DNA of 64,000 nucleotides from Coriobacteriia bacterium. Lineage in GTDB: Bacteria > Actinomycetota > Coriobacteriia > Coriobacteriales > UMGS124. Shown piece after piece: positions 34,425-48,372 of this stretch; position 1 is the first letter of the stretch, and each line of letters starts with the position of its first letter. The stretch spans positions 199,276 to 263,275 of the forward strand of contig JAGZEG010000001.1 in the NCBI GenBank assembly GCA_018368455.1. The letters run 5' to 3'. The position numbers were made by a program, and so were the translations under genes. The notes beneath the pieces are model-generated. The model had not been told where the DNA came from. It saw only the letters and a program-made list of their open reading frames with translations, and did no database searches.

Positions 34425-35726
34425 CTACTCGCCGTTAGCCTTTGATGGTGCGGCCTCCGCAGCGCGTACATCCTTGCGTGACTCGGCCGGACCTGCCGGT
34501 GCCAGCGTCTCGTGGGGACGCCACCAGGCGCGCGGCGCCACGTACGACGGACAGTCGAAGCTGCGGTACTCGAGTAGGCCCATCATGTCGTCGAGCATGG
34601 CTTCGTGATCGAACAGGTCCCAAGCGGCGTGCGCCTTGCGCAGCGTGCAGTGCGTCTCGGGGCTGCGCGGCATGAACAGCGTGCAGCAGTCGTCGGCTTT
34701 CTCAGTCGAAATCTCGAGCGTGCCGAGCTGTTCGGCACGCCGCATGATCTCGCGTTTGTCACTACCGATGAGCGGGCGCAGCACGGGAAGCGTTGCCATT
34801 TCGTCCGTCACCATGATGTTCTCGAGCGTTTGCGAGGCGACCTGGCCCAGCGACTCGCCTGTCACGAGCGCCTTTGCGCCCTCGACGCGTGCCAGGCGGC
34901 AAGCGAACGCAAACATCATGCGCCGGTACATGAGGATGCGCAGATCATCGGGGACGGCGCTTGCGATTGCGCGCTGTATGTCGCCGAACGGCACGACATA
35001 CAGCCTGCCAAAGCCGCCTGCCGGGGCAAGGCGCTCCATGAGGTCTTGCACAAGCCATTCGGACGTGTCGGTCGTTTGGGGGCGTCCTGAGAAGTGAAGT
35101 CCGATGACGACAGCGCCGCGGCGCATGATCTCCCACGACGCGACTGGCGAGTCGATGCCGCTCGAGATGAGTGAGATGACCTTACCAGCACTGCCGACGG
35201 GAAGACCGCCGACGCCCTCTTCCGTGCTCACGTACACGTACGCGCTGCCTTGGATAACGTACACGAAAACGGTGCGATCCTGCCCCTTCATGCGAACGAG
35301 CTTGTCGGGGAGGCGCTCACAGAGATACGAGCCGACTTCGCGGTTGAGGTCGAGCGAGCCAAGCGGGTAGTCGGTGTTCGAGCGGCGCGCGCTTACCTTG
35401 AACGTCGTGAAGTCGCCCGACGCCATGAGCTCCTCGTAGGCTGCGCGGCAGTAGTCCTCGCTCGAGAGCTCGCAGCACTGGGCAAGTGACACGCGTGCGA
35501 CGCCCGGCGTCTTGAGCACGCGCTCGAAGACGACGGCTACCTCATCGGCGCTTGCCTTGGGCTCCATGCGTACAAGGACGTGGCCAGAGATACGCTCAAC
35601 GGACGTGGCCGCAGTATGAGAGAGGCACGCCCTAAGATTCAGGACGAGCCTCTTCTCGAAGTTGCTGCGGTTGTTGCCCTTGAGGCCGATCTCGTGGTAG
35701 TGAACGAGGCAGACGTACGAGGCCAT
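34425..35726 (-). CDS. thiI: tRNA 4-thiouridine synthase ThiI (no rhodanese domain)
   Basis: HYHEIGLKGNNRSNFEKRL N-terminus, a THUMP region, and the PP-loop LISSGIDSPVASW. Confidence 0.9.
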   Translation of the reverse strand: MASYVCLVHYHEIGLKGNNRSNFEKRLVLNLRACLSHTAATSVERISGHVLVRMEPKASADEVAVVFERVLKTPGVARVSLAQCCELSSEDYCRAAYEELMASGDFTTFKVSARRSNTDYPLGSLDLNREVGSYLCERLPDKLVRMKGQDRTVFVYVIQGSAYVYVSTEEGVGGLPVGSAGKVISLISSGIDSPVASWEIMRRGAVVIGLHFSGRPQTTDTSEWLVQDLMERLAPAGGFGRLYVVPFGDIQRAIASAVPDDLRILMYRRMMFAFACRLARVEGAKALVTGESLGQVASQTLENIMVTDEMATLPVLRPLIGSDKREIMRRAEQLGTLEISTEKADDCCTLFMPRSPETHCTLRKAHAAWDLFDHEAMLDDMMGLLEYRSFDCPSYVAPRAWWRPHETLAPAGPAESRKDVRAAEAAPSKANGE

Positions 35727-35748
35727 GCTGGGCTATCCCTGCCTTTTG

Positions 35749-36093
35749 CTATTCGGCGCTGGCGTCGGAAACAGCCTCGTCGTCAAGACCGAGGTCGCGG
35801 TGGAGCGTGGCGGCGTCGTAGCTGATGAGGCCCGGCTCAGGAGTGCCCTCGTCGTCCTTGCGCGGTGCAAGCTCGTCGAAGGCGATGGACAGGGGGTTGG
35901 GCGCACGTCCCTCGTCGTCGCTCATGAACATGGAGACGTCCTCGATGTCGGCGAGCTGCTCAGCGCGGTTGTGCTGGTTGCGCATCATGTCGTTGATGTC
36001 GCAGGCACGGCGAGCGGCCAGCTCACAGAGCAGGAAGCGATTCTCGTCGGTGACCGACAGCAGGTCGTCGATGGTGGGGTTCACAACAGACAT
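35749..36093 (-). CDS. rpoZ: DNA-directed RNA polymerase subunit omega
   Basis: MSVVNPTIDDLLSVTDENRFLLCELAARRACDIN. ATG 36093 lies 8 nt after GGAGG. Position after gmk is typical. Confidence 0.85.
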   Translation of the reverse strand: MSVVNPTIDDLLSVTDENRFLLCELAARRACDINDMMRNQHNRAEQLADIEDVSMFMSDDEGRAPNPLSIAFDELAPRKDDEGTPEPGLISYDAATLHRDLGLDDEAVSDASAE

Positions 36094-36150
36094 GGCACAG
36101 GCCTCCAGAAAACGGCGATCCACCGTATGGTGGTGGAATACGCCTCGAAA

Positions 36151-36708
36151 CTAGCAATTCTCGTAACGGTCTATGATAGCAAGCACCTGGGCGACCGTGT
36201 CGTCCAACACGTCGTTGACCACCACTTCATCATAGCGTGTCGACGCGTCCATGAACGACTGGACGTCGGAGAGGCGCTTGGCCAGCGAGGCCTCGTCCTC
36301 GGTGCCCCGTCCAGTCAGTCGCTCGCGCAGCACGTCGAGGCTGGGCGGGGCGATGAAGACGAGCACGGCATCAGGCATGCTCTCCCGGACGTTAAAGGCG
36401 CCCTGGGGGTCGATCTCCAGGATGAGGGAGCTCTTTTCGAGCACCTGCTCAACGTGAAGCCGAGGCGTACCGTAGCGGTGGTCGTGCACGTGCGCCCACT
36501 CAAGGAACCCGCCGGTCGCAACGAGCTCGTCGAACTGGGCGTCGCTGAGGAAGTGATACGAGACGCCGTCTACCTCGCCTGGGCGCGGGGCACGGGTCGT
36601 CGCAGACACGCTGAGGGCGAGGTCGGGACGGACGGCGCGTACGCGCGCGATGACCGTGCCCTTCCCCGCCCCCGGAGGTCCTGAGAAGACGAACAGCCTC
36701 CTACGCAA
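36151..36708 (-). CDS. gmk: Guanylate kinase
   Basis: FVFSGPPGAGKGT P-loop and SVSATTRAPRPGEVDGVSYHF. Confidence 0.93.
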   Translation of the reverse strand: MRRRLFVFSGPPGAGKGTVIARVRAVRPDLALSVSATTRAPRPGEVDGVSYHFLSDAQFDELVATGGFLEWAHVHDHRYGTPRLHVEQVLEKSSLILEIDPQGAFNVRESMPDAVLVFIAPPSLDVLRERLTGRGTEDEASLAKRLSDVQSFMDASTRYDEVVVNDVLDDTVAQVLAIIDRYENC

Positions 36709-36714
36709 GGCTGC

Positions 36715-37023
36715 CTACTTGCCGAGCTTCTCGATGAGCTGCTCGCGCTGACGGATGCCCAGACCCTGAACGCGGCGCGACTCGGAAATGCTGAGCTCTT
36801 CCATGATCTTGGCGGCCTTGGCCTTGCCATAGCCAGGCAGAGACTCGATAAGGATGGAGACCTTCATACGCTTGGCGACGTCATCGTCCATCTCGAAGAC
36901 CTCCTGCAGGGAGACCTGACCGGACTTGATGTCCTCGCGCAGCTGCGCACGAGCGCGGCGAGCCTCCTCGGCCTTCTTGAGATACTTCTGACGGTCCTCG
37001 GCGGAAAGCTGGGGGAGAGCCAT
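36715..37023 (-). CDS. mihF: Actinobacterial integration host factor MihF
   Basis: MALPQLSAEDRQKYLKKAEEARRARAQLRE...MKVSILIESLPGYGKAKAAKIMEELSISESRRVQGLGIRQREQLIEKLG closely parallels mycobacterial mIHF. Confidence 0.85.
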   Translation of the reverse strand: MALPQLSAEDRQKYLKKAEEARRARAQLREDIKSGQVSLQEVFEMDDDVAKRMKVSILIESLPGYGKAKAAKIMEELSISESRRVQGLGIRQREQLIEKLGK

Positions 37024-37112
37024 GGTGCCTCCAAACGTAGTCTGCGTATCACTGCGTACCGCCCGCTTGCATACGTGGCAAAACGAGCGGCTGTGTTTTT
37101 AAAGCCTCGTAG

Positions 37113-37141
37113 AGGGTATCCCACCACCTGCGCGTTTTCAA
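37113..37141 (-). promoter_or_regulatory. Candidate promoter of mihF-gmk-rpoZ
   Basis: Minus strand TTGAAA (37136-41), 17 nt spacer, TACCCT (37113-18). Confidence 0.3.
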
Positions 37142-37228
37142 GCATCCGCACGAAATTGCACGATGAGTGGAACCCCGTTTGGGGGCAGACGCGTGGCGGG
37201 TGACCCGCGCCTGCCCCCTAGCGATGCC

Positions 37229-37951
37229 TTACGAGAGCGCTTCGGCGACCTCGGATTCGACGGAAAGGAGCGCGGCGAGCGGGTCGGCGGCCCTCGTGAT
37301 GGGACGGCCCACGACGAGGTGCGTCGAGCCCGCCGCGATGGCGGCGCCCGGCGTCACGACGCGCGCCTGGTCACCTGCGTCGGCGCCGGCGGGGCGGATG
37401 CCCGGCGTCACGATGAGGGCGTCCTCCCCCAGCGCAGCGCGCATGGCGGTGGACTCCTGCGCCGAGCAGACGACGCCGTCCGCGCCGGACGCATAGGCCA
37501 TCCGTGCCAGAAGCACCGCCTGCTCGGCGGCGGGACGATTCACGCCGACCGACGCCAGCGCCTCGTCATCCATGCTCGTGAGCACCGTGACGGCGAGTAA
37601 CTTCGGCGCGGGAAGGCCGGCGGCCTCGGCACCCTCGTCGAGGCCCGCGCGCGCGGCGGCGACCATGGCGGGGCCGCCGCCGGCGTGAATCGTGAGCATG
37701 TCGACGCCCAGGCCCGCGAGCACGCGCGCCGCCTGGCGCACCGTGTTGGGGATGTCGTGCAGCTTCAGGTCGAGGAACACGTGTAGGCCGCGCGCCTTGA
37801 GGTCGCGTACGACAGGGGTGCCGGCAGCGTAAAACAGTTCCATGCCCACTTTGGCCCACGCGAGCTTGCCGGCCATGAGGTCGGCAAGCTCGAGAGCGCG
37901 CTCGTGCGTGCAGTCCATGGCGACGATGACGCGTTCGGCAACGGGGCTCAT
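37229..37951 (-). CDS. pyrF: Orotidine 5'-phosphate decarboxylase
   Basis: VIVAMDC...KVGMELF...FLDLKLHDIPNTV motifs. Start ATG 37951, downstream of GGGGAGGG. Confidence 0.9.
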   Translation of the reverse strand: MSPVAERVIVAMDCTHERALELADLMAGKLAWAKVGMELFYAAGTPVVRDLKARGLHVFLDLKLHDIPNTVRQAARVLAGLGVDMLTIHAGGGPAMVAAARAGLDEGAEAAGLPAPKLLAVTVLTSMDDEALASVGVNRPAAEQAVLLARMAYASGADGVVCSAQESTAMRAALGEDALIVTPGIRPAGADAGDQARVVTPGAAIAAGSTHLVVGRPITRAADPLAALLSVESEVAEALS

Positions 37952-37968
37952 GGAAGCGTCGCCCTCCC

Positions 37969-38889
37969 CTAGCATTCGAACGCCCCGATGAGCTCGTTGA
38001 TGTCCTTGACGCCCTGGCTCTCGGCCCACTCCTCAAGCTCTGCGAGGATGCGTAGGGCGCTGCCGGGCTCGACGAGGTTCTGCAGGCCGACGGAGACGGC
38101 CGTGCAGCCCGCCAGGATGAACTCGGCCGCGTCGACGCCCGACGTGATGCCGCCGACGCCGCACACGGGGATGGACACGGCGTTGCACGCCTCCCACGCC
38201 ATGCGCAGCGCGATGGGGTGCAAGCAGGGGCCAGACAGGCCGCCCGTGGGACGCGCGAGCCTGCTCTTGCGCGTGCGCACGTCGATGGCCATGCCGGGGA
38301 TGGAGTTGATGACGGTCAGCACGTCAGCGCCGGCCGCCTCGCAGGCGCGGGCGACCTCGGGCACGCGCTCGGGCGCCATCTTGACGAGCAGCGGGCGCTT
38401 CGTGGCGGCGCGGCAGGCCTTGATGACCTCGGACGCGCCCTCGGGCGTCGAGCCCATGGCGCAGCCGCCGGCGGCGATGTTGGGGCACGAGATGTTGATC
38501 TCGAGGCCGGCCGCCCAGGGGGCGAGCTCCTCGAACAGCTCGACGGCCTCGACGTACTCGGCGACGGAGTGGCCGGCCACCTGGCAGATGACACTCGTCT
38601 TCGTGCTCATGTCGGCCAGGTACTCGCCCGACTCCTCGACGAGGCCGCGGACGCCGGGGTTCTGCAGGCCCACGGAGTTCATGACGCCGCACTTGACCTC
38701 CGTCATACGCGGCTGGGGGTTGCCAGGCCACGCGACGCTGGCCGCACCCTTCGTCGTGAACGCGCCGAGTTTGGACACGTCCATGAGGTTGGAGAACTGC
38801 CAGCCGGCGCCGAACGTGCCGGCTGCGGTGTTCACCGGGTTCTTCATGGGGATGCCGCCGAGGTTGACGGCCATGTTCACCTTGCTCAC
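37969..38889 (-). CDS. pyrD: Dihydroorotate dehydrogenase, catalytic subunit (class 1B)
   Basis: GIPMKNPVNTAAGTFG, NSVGLQNPG, EINISCPN and GGLSGP motifs. GTG 38889 overlaps the pyrK TGA (GTGA) and lies 7 nt after GGAGG. Confidence 0.92.
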   Translation of the reverse strand: MSKVNMAVNLGGIPMKNPVNTAAGTFGAGWQFSNLMDVSKLGAFTTKGAASVAWPGNPQPRMTEVKCGVMNSVGLQNPGVRGLVEESGEYLADMSTKTSVICQVAGHSVAEYVEAVELFEELAPWAAGLEINISCPNIAAGGCAMGSTPEGASEVIKACRAATKRPLLVKMAPERVPEVARACEAAGADVLTVINSIPGMAIDVRTRKSRLARPTGGLSGPCLHPIALRMAWEACNAVSIPVCGVGGITSGVDAAEFILAGCTAVSVGLQNLVEPGSALRILAELEEWAESQGVKDINELIGAFEC

Positions 38890-39677
38890 CAGACGACCTC
38901 CTTCGCGTCGAACACGGGGCCAGCCATGCAGACGCCCTTGCGGCCGCCCGTCGTGTCGCAGACGCACGTGGCGCAGGCGCCGAAGCCGCACGTCATCATC
39001 TTCTCCATGGACACCTGGCACGCGACGCCGGCCTTGTCGACGATCTGTGCGATGCCGCGCATCATCGGTGTAGGGCCGCAAACGTACACGACGTCGTAGG
39101 CGTTGTCGGCGAGCATCTGCTCGCACGGCACGCTGGCATAACCTTTGATGCCGACGGACCCATCGTCCGTGGCGATCTCGAGGGTGCGCACGCCCATCTC
39201 GCGCAGGTCGTCCGTGAAGATGACACGGCGCTCGGCAGCGGCGCCCTCGATGAAGTCGACGGCCACGCCGCGCGCGATGAGCTCGCGGGCCAGGCTTACG
39301 AGCGGCACGACGCCCGAACCACCGCCCACGAGCAGGGCGGCCTTCATGCCCTCGGGGAAGCGCCAGCCGTGGCCGCACGGGCCGAGCACGTCGAGCTGCG
39401 CGCCCGGCTTGACCTGCGCGAGGCGGCGCGTGCCGTCGCCGTTGAGCAGGTAGCCGAACTCGACCTCGCCCGTCTGGGCGTCGGCTGCCGAGTACGAAAA
39501 CGGCAGGCGGACGAGCTGGCTCGGGTCGCCCGGAACGGCGAGGTCAAAGAACTGGCCCGGCTCGATGGAGCGGGCAAGCTCGGGGCAGGTGAAGCGCATG
39601 CGCATGACGTCGCACGTCATGGGCTCGTTCGAGACGACGGTCAGCGTGTGGCGCGTCGCCGTTGAGGGGGTGGGCAC
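38886..39677 (-). CDS. pyrK: Dihydroorotate dehydrogenase electron-transfer subunit
   Basis: Ferredoxin-reductase-like FAD/NAD fold plus C-terminal 2Fe-2S cysteines (MTCGFGACATCVC). Confidence 0.9.
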   Translation of the reverse strand: MPTPSTATRHTLTVVSNEPMTCDVMRMRFTCPELARSIEPGQFFDLAVPGDPSQLVRLPFSYSAADAQTGEVEFGYLLNGDGTRRLAQVKPGAQLDVLGPCGHGWRFPEGMKAALLVGGGSGVVPLVSLARELIARGVAVDFIEGAAAERRVIFTDDLREMGVRTLEIATDDGSVGIKGYASVPCEQMLADNAYDVVYVCGPTPMMRGIAQIVDKAGVACQVSMEKMMTCGFGACATCVCDTTGGRKGVCMAGPVFDAKEVVW

Positions 39678-39701
39678 GTTTGCTCCTCTCCTTCTTCTCG
39701 C

Positions 39702-42928
<3,227 letters not shown>

Positions 42929-42929
<1 letters not shown>

Positions 42930-44188
42930 TAGAAGCGCCTCCCTTCGCGGACGTCGATGGCAAGGTAGTCGTCGCGCTGGCCCTCCATCAGGCGGCAGAA
43001 CGACGTGAAGATGTAGCTCGCGTCGACGGGGCCGGGGCACGACTCGGGGTGGTACTGCACGGAGAACGCCGGGACGTCGAGGAACTGGATGCCCTCGGGC
43101 GTGCCGTCGTTGAGGTTGACGTGCGTGAGGCGGATGCGGCCGTAACGTTCGTTCTGAACGACGGGCGCGATGCCGGCGCGCGACCACTCGCGCAGGTCGG
43201 CGACGTGCTCCGTGCGACCGCCGGACAGCTCGGGCACGATGGGACCGAACGACTCATCGAACACGAGGCCGTAGTTGTGGTTCTGGGCCGTGATCTCGAC
43301 CTTGCCCGTCAGCAGGTTCATGACGGGCTCGTTGCCACCGTGGTGGCCGTAGGGCAGCTTCTCGATCTGGCCGCCGGCTGCGATGGAGAGCAGCTGGTTG
43401 CCCAGGCAGATGCCGAAGATCGGCTTCTTGCCTAGCAGCTCGCGGGCAGCCTGGGCCGTGGGGCCGACCTGCTCGGGGTCACCTGGGCCGTTGGAGAAGA
43501 ACACGCCGTCGGGGTCCATCTCCAGCACCTTCTCGGCAGGCGTGTCCCACGGCACGGCTGTGACCTCGCAGCCGAGCTTCGTCATGTTCTTGAGGATGCC
43601 GAGCTTCTCGCCGCAGTCGTAGGCCACGACCTTGAAGCGACGCTCGCCCTGAGCCGGGTGCGTCACAGGTTCGCTGGGTGACACGTCGGGCACGAAGTTG
43701 TGTTCCGAGATGCGCGGGGCGGCCTGGACACGGGCGACGAGGCTTGTCGGGTCGAGGTCGGTCGTCGAGATGGCCGCGCGCATGGCGCCCTTGTCGCGGA
43801 TCGTCAGCGTGAGGGCGCGCGTGTCGATGCCCTCGATGGCGACGACGCCGCGCTTCTTGAGCATGTCGGGCAGGCTGCCCTGGCTGCGCCAGTTGCTCGG
43901 CGTGCGGCACATGTCGTGCACGACGAGGCCGCGCAGGTGCAGCACGTCGCTCTGGACGTCCAGGTCGGTGACGCCGTAGTTGCCGACCTGCGGGTAGGTC
44001 AGCGTCACGATCTGGCCGGCATAGGAAGGATCGCTCACGATCTCCTGGTAGCCCACCATGGACGTGTTGAACACGATCTCGCCGAACGTCTCGCCCTCGG
44101 CGCCTGCCGCCCAGCCCAAAAACGTGGATCCGTCTTCGAGAGCAAGCAGGGCGCGGGGGGTCGAACCATCATCTACCAGCGGGTTCAC
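42929..44188 (-). CDS. carA: Carbamoyl-phosphate synthase small subunit (glutaminase)
   Basis: [17 protein letters not shown]...[36 protein letters not shown]. GATase motif [12 protein letters not shown] 44188 overlaps the pyrC TGA. Confidence 0.95.
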
Positions 44189-45486
44189 TGGGACACCACC
44201 TCTCCGTTCTCCAGTATTGCGCGACCGGCGACGAAAGCGTGCGTCGCGCGGCCGTCGAGCTCGGCGCCCAGGAAGGGCGTGTTGGACTGCGATCCTGCCA
44301 TGAACTCGCGCGTCACGGTGAACGGTGCGTGCGGGTCGATGAGCGTGAGCGTCGCCTCTCCGCCGACCTCGATGCGCACGGGTGCGAGGCGGCAGATGCG
44401 ACGCGGGTTGATAGCCGTGACCTCGACGAGGCGCTGCCAGGTCATGAGGCCGGGGTTCACGAGGTGCGTGAGTACGAGCGGAAGCTCCGTCTCGAGGCCG
44501 ACGATGCCGAACGGCGCGCGCTCGAACTCGAGGTCCTTCTCGTGGGGCGCGTGGGGCGCGTGATCGCTCACAAGGCAGTCGATACGCCCGTCGCACAGGG
44601 CCGCACGCAGCTCCGCGGCGTCCTGTGCTGTGCGCAGCGGCGGGTTCATCTTGTAGTTCGTGTCGTAGGCGTCCGTGATGTCGTCCTCGGTGAGGAACAG
44701 GTGGTGCGGGCACACCTCACACGTGACGTCGGCGCCTTCCTCCTTGGCGCGTGTGACGTAGGCGACACCAGCCGCCGTCGTGACGTGGGCGGCGTGGAAG
44801 GGGCAGCCCGTGAGCCTGGCGATCTCGATGTCGCGGTCGACCTGGACTTCCTCGCCCAGCGCCGGCCAGCCCGCCAAGCCAAGGCGCGTCGAGACGGCAC
44901 CCTCGTTGACGACGCCGTGGCCGACGAGCGACTCGTCCTGGCAGTGCGAGATGACGGGCAGGTTGAACTGGGCGATGTAGTCCATGGCGGAGCGCATCAT
45001 GCCGGCAAGCTGCACACCGCGCCCGTCGTCGGAAAACGCGCAGGCCCCAGCCGCAGCCATGTCAGCGATGTCGGCTAGGCCCTCGCCCTTCTCCCCCTTC
45101 GTGATGGCGCCGATGGGGTGCACGCGCGCCAAGCCTGCGCGCTGAGCCTTGGCGCGCTGGAACTCGATGAGCGCGCCCGTATCCGTGACGGGGTTTGTGT
45201 TAGGCATCGTGGCGACGTCGGTGTAGCCGCCCTTGGCTGCCGAGCGCACGCCGCCCTCGATCGTCTCCTTGTACTCCTGGCCGGGGTCGCGGAAGTGGAC
45301 GTGCATGTCGAACAGGCCGGGCACAAGCACCTTGCCGGCACCGTCGATGACAGTGCAGCTCTCGGGGGCCTGCACGGCGTCGCCGAGCGCGGCGATCGTG
45401 CCGTCGTCAGCGAGCAGCACGTCAACGACGGCGTCGAGGTCGACCTGCGGATCGACGGCGCGGGCGCCCTTAATCAGATATGCCAT
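44185..45486 (-). CDS. pyrC: Dihydroorotase
   Basis: MAYLIKGARAVDP...PGLFDMHVHFRDPG. ATG 45486 after GGGAGGAG. Overlaps the pyrB 3' end by 17 nt. Confidence 0.93.
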   Translation of the reverse strand: MAYLIKGARAVDPQVDLDAVVDVLLADDGTIAALGDAVQAPESCTVIDGAGKVLVPGLFDMHVHFRDPGQEYKETIEGGVRSAAKGGYTDVATMPNTNPVTDTGALIEFQRAKAQRAGLARVHPIGAITKGEKGEGLADIADMAAAGACAFSDDGRGVQLAGMMRSAMDYIAQFNLPVISHCQDESLVGHGVVNEGAVSTRLGLAGWPALGEEVQVDRDIEIARLTGCPFHAAHVTTAAGVAYVTRAKEEGADVTCEVCPHHLFLTEDDITDAYDTNYKMNPPLRTAQDAAELRAALCDGRIDCLVSDHAPHAPHEKDLEFERAPFGIVGLETELPLVLTHLVNPGLMTWQRLVEVTAINPRRICRLAPVRIEVGGEATLTLIDPHAPFTVTREFMAGSQSNTPFLGAELDGRATHAFVAGRAILENGEVVSQ

Positions 45487-46404
45487 TGGCTTCTCCTCCC
45501 AGCAGCAGGTAGATGGCGGCCATACGCACGGAGACGCCGGAGTTGACCTGCTCGTTCTTGACGCAGCGGGCGTCGTCAACGACCTCGGAGCTCAGCTCGA
45601 CGCCGCGCATGACAGGACCGGGGTGCATGACGATGGCCGTCGGCTTGGCATGCGCAAAGCGCTTCCCGTCCACGCCGAACAGCGTGCGGTACTCGCGCTC
45701 GGAGGGCAGCGTTGCCCCGTCGAGGCGCTCGCTCTGGACGCGCAGCATGTACAGGACGTCGAGCTCGGGCAGGACGGCGTCGAGGTCGTCCGTGAAGTCG
45801 GCGCCGAGCACGTCGGGGCGGGCCGGCATGAATGCGTGCGGGCCAACGAGCGTGACGCGGGCGCCCATCTTCGTCAGCGCCGGAGCGAGCGAGCCCACGA
45901 CGCGCGAGTGGATGCAGTCGCCGACGATGCCGACGCGCAGGCCTTCGAAGCTCGGCAGGTGCTTGCGGATCGTGTAGAGGTCGAGCAGGGCCTGCGTGGG
46001 GTGCGCGTGCTTGCCGTCGCCGGCGTTGATGACGCGCGCCTGTGTCGTGCGGGCGATGATCTCGGGCGAGCCGGCGAACTTGGCGCGGCAGATGAACATG
46101 TCGACACCCATGGCGTCAAGCGTCTGGATCGTGTCGACGAGCGACTCGCCCTTAACGACGGACGACGAAGACCCGGCCACGGACAGCGTGTCGGCGCCCA
46201 GGCGCTTGCACGCCAGCTCGAACGAGCTCTTCGTGCGCGTCGAGGGCTCGAGGAACAGGTTGACGATCGAGCGCCCGCGCAGCGTGGGTAGCTTTTTGAT
46301 GGCGCGCGAGTTCACCTGCTCGAACGTGTGCGCCGCCGTGAGGATCTGCTCGATGTCGTCGACGGTGAGGTCCGTCGTGTTGATGAGGTTGCGCACGCTC
46401 AGCA

Positions 46405-46405
<1 letters not shown>
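45470..46405 (-). CDS. pyrB: Aspartate carbamoyltransferase catalytic subunit
   Basis: NLFLEPSTRTKSSFELA and HPTQALLD motifs. ATG 46405 overlaps the pyrR TGA (TGATG). Confidence 0.95.
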
Positions 46406-47022
<617 letters not shown>

Positions 47023-47037
47023 CTAACGCTGACGCAC

Positions 47038-47157
47038 AAAAAAGGACGCCCGCACGCGCGTCGCGCGTCCGGACGTCCCGCTATACGATGAGGTTGTGAG
47101 TCGTACGCTGTCTTCATCTGCGCCACCTTGTCGGTCTCTCAGTACCGCGCTTAAAGG
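47038..47157 (-). promoter_or_regulatory. PyrR-binding leader with attenuator terminator
   Basis: Minus strand CCUUUAAGCGCGGUACUGAGAGACCGACAAGG (47123-47157) resembles the PyrR binding loop (UUUAA...CCAGAGAGG...AAGG). It is followed about 45 nt later by the hairpin GGACGUCCGGACGCGCG/CGCGCGUGCGGGCGUCC plus U6 (47038-47078), just upstream of the pyrR RBS. Confidence 0.65.
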
Positions 47158-47231
47158 TCAGACGTAGTGTAGCGCTCACCACTGCTCTTGCATACCCCGC
47201 GCACCCGATCACCACGGCGAACGGGTGCAAG

Positions 47232-48359
47232 CTAGATGCCGGCGCCCCGCGTGATGTTGGGGTTGTTGCGGCTGATGCGCGAGCGACGCCCCATGAACAG
47301 GGCGAAGCGCGACAGGCCGAAGCCCAGGCCGTTGTTGCGCACGCTGTAGACGAACTCGTTCACGAGTGCGCGGCGGTACAGGCCCTTGTCGAACGTCGGC
47401 TCGATGCCCCGGACGGTACAGAACAGCGTCTTGATGGGGTTGGAGATGTTCGGGTTCGTGAAGACGCTGTCGACCGGCATGCGCTCGAACATGTGGCGCA
47501 TCTGCGTCTCAGCGTCGCTGCCGGCGATCTTGGCTTCCTCCATAATGCCCGAGAGGTACGACACGCCGCGAACTGCGTGGGCGCGGCGCACGCCGGCGTC
47601 GTCTACGCCGAGGCGATCGAGGACGTCCGTCATGTCGTTCCAACGCTCAAACGCCAGATTGGTCGCGCGCAGCATGGACGACGAACCGGGCAGGTCCTCT
47701 CGGTAGCAGTAGAACTCCTTCTCGAGGAACACGATGGAGCGTGCCTGGCACAGCGTCTCGACGAGGAACGGATTGTCAACCCAGCCGCCGCCCTTGGCCT
47801 CCTTAAAGCGGATGCCGTGCTCCTCGAGAAACGCGCGGCGGTACATGGCCGACCAGATGCTGGGGTGGTGCTGAAGCAGGCGTGGCTCATCAAAGATCGT
47901 GAACGGCTGGTGTGCCAGCGTGAGCCGGTGGGCGTACGCGCAGTGGTACAGGCGCTCCTTGGGCGTGCACGGCAGGTAAACGCGCGTGTAGGGCGTCTTC
48001 ACGACGTCGGGCAGCTCGGGGAACGTCCGCGCGAACGCGAGCATCTCGTCGTAGAAGTGCGGACGCACGTAGTCGTCAGGCTCAAGGATGGCGACATAGG
48101 TACCGCGCGCCTCAGACAGCCCACGGTTGCAGGCTGAGCCGTAGCCTCCGTTCGGCTTGTCGATGACGCGCACGCGCGGGTCTTCCTGCTCGTGGCGCCG
48201 CATGATGGAGAGGCTGTCGTCGGTCGAACCGTCGTTGACGGCGAGGATCTCCATGCGAGCGACGTCGTTCTGACGCGCTGTCGACAGGGCCTGGTCGAGA
48301 AAGGCGCCCGTGTTGTACGTCGGCACGATGAGCGTGACGTCGATGTTCTGCGTGGTCAT
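47232..48359 (-). CDS. Glycosyltransferase family 2
   Basis: VTLIVPTYNTGAFLDQAL...ILAVNDGSTDDS...ILEPDDY, the GT-A DxD-type pattern. Confidence 0.85.
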   Translation of the reverse strand: MTTQNIDVTLIVPTYNTGAFLDQALSTARQNDVARMEILAVNDGSTDDSLSIMRRHEQEDPRVRVIDKPNGGYGSACNRGLSEARGTYVAILEPDDYVRPHFYDEMLAFARTFPELPDVVKTPYTRVYLPCTPKERLYHCAYAHRLTLAHQPFTIFDEPRLLQHHPSIWSAMYRRAFLEEHGIRFKEAKGGGWVDNPFLVETLCQARSIVFLEKEFYCYREDLPGSSSMLRATNLAFERWNDMTDVLDRLGVDDAGVRRAHAVRGVSYLSGIMEEAKIAGSDAETQMRHMFERMPVDSVFTNPNISNPIKTLFCTVRGIEPTFDKGLYRRALVNEFVYSVRNNGLGFGLSRFALFMGRRSRISRNNPNITRGAGI

Positions 48360-48372
48360 GCGCGCTCCTTCT

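Noticed and set aside
42930-43187. N-terminal extensions of the track ORFs for carB (to 43187), carA (to 44713), pyrD (to 39378), pyrC (to 45579), pyrB (to 46618), pyrF (to 38029), lepA (to 24045) and rpoZ (to 36123).
   Set aside because: The conserved N-termini begin at internal ATG/GTG codons with good SD sequences that abut or overlap the preceding stop codon. The extensions are Arg/Pro-rich and overlap the upstream gene.
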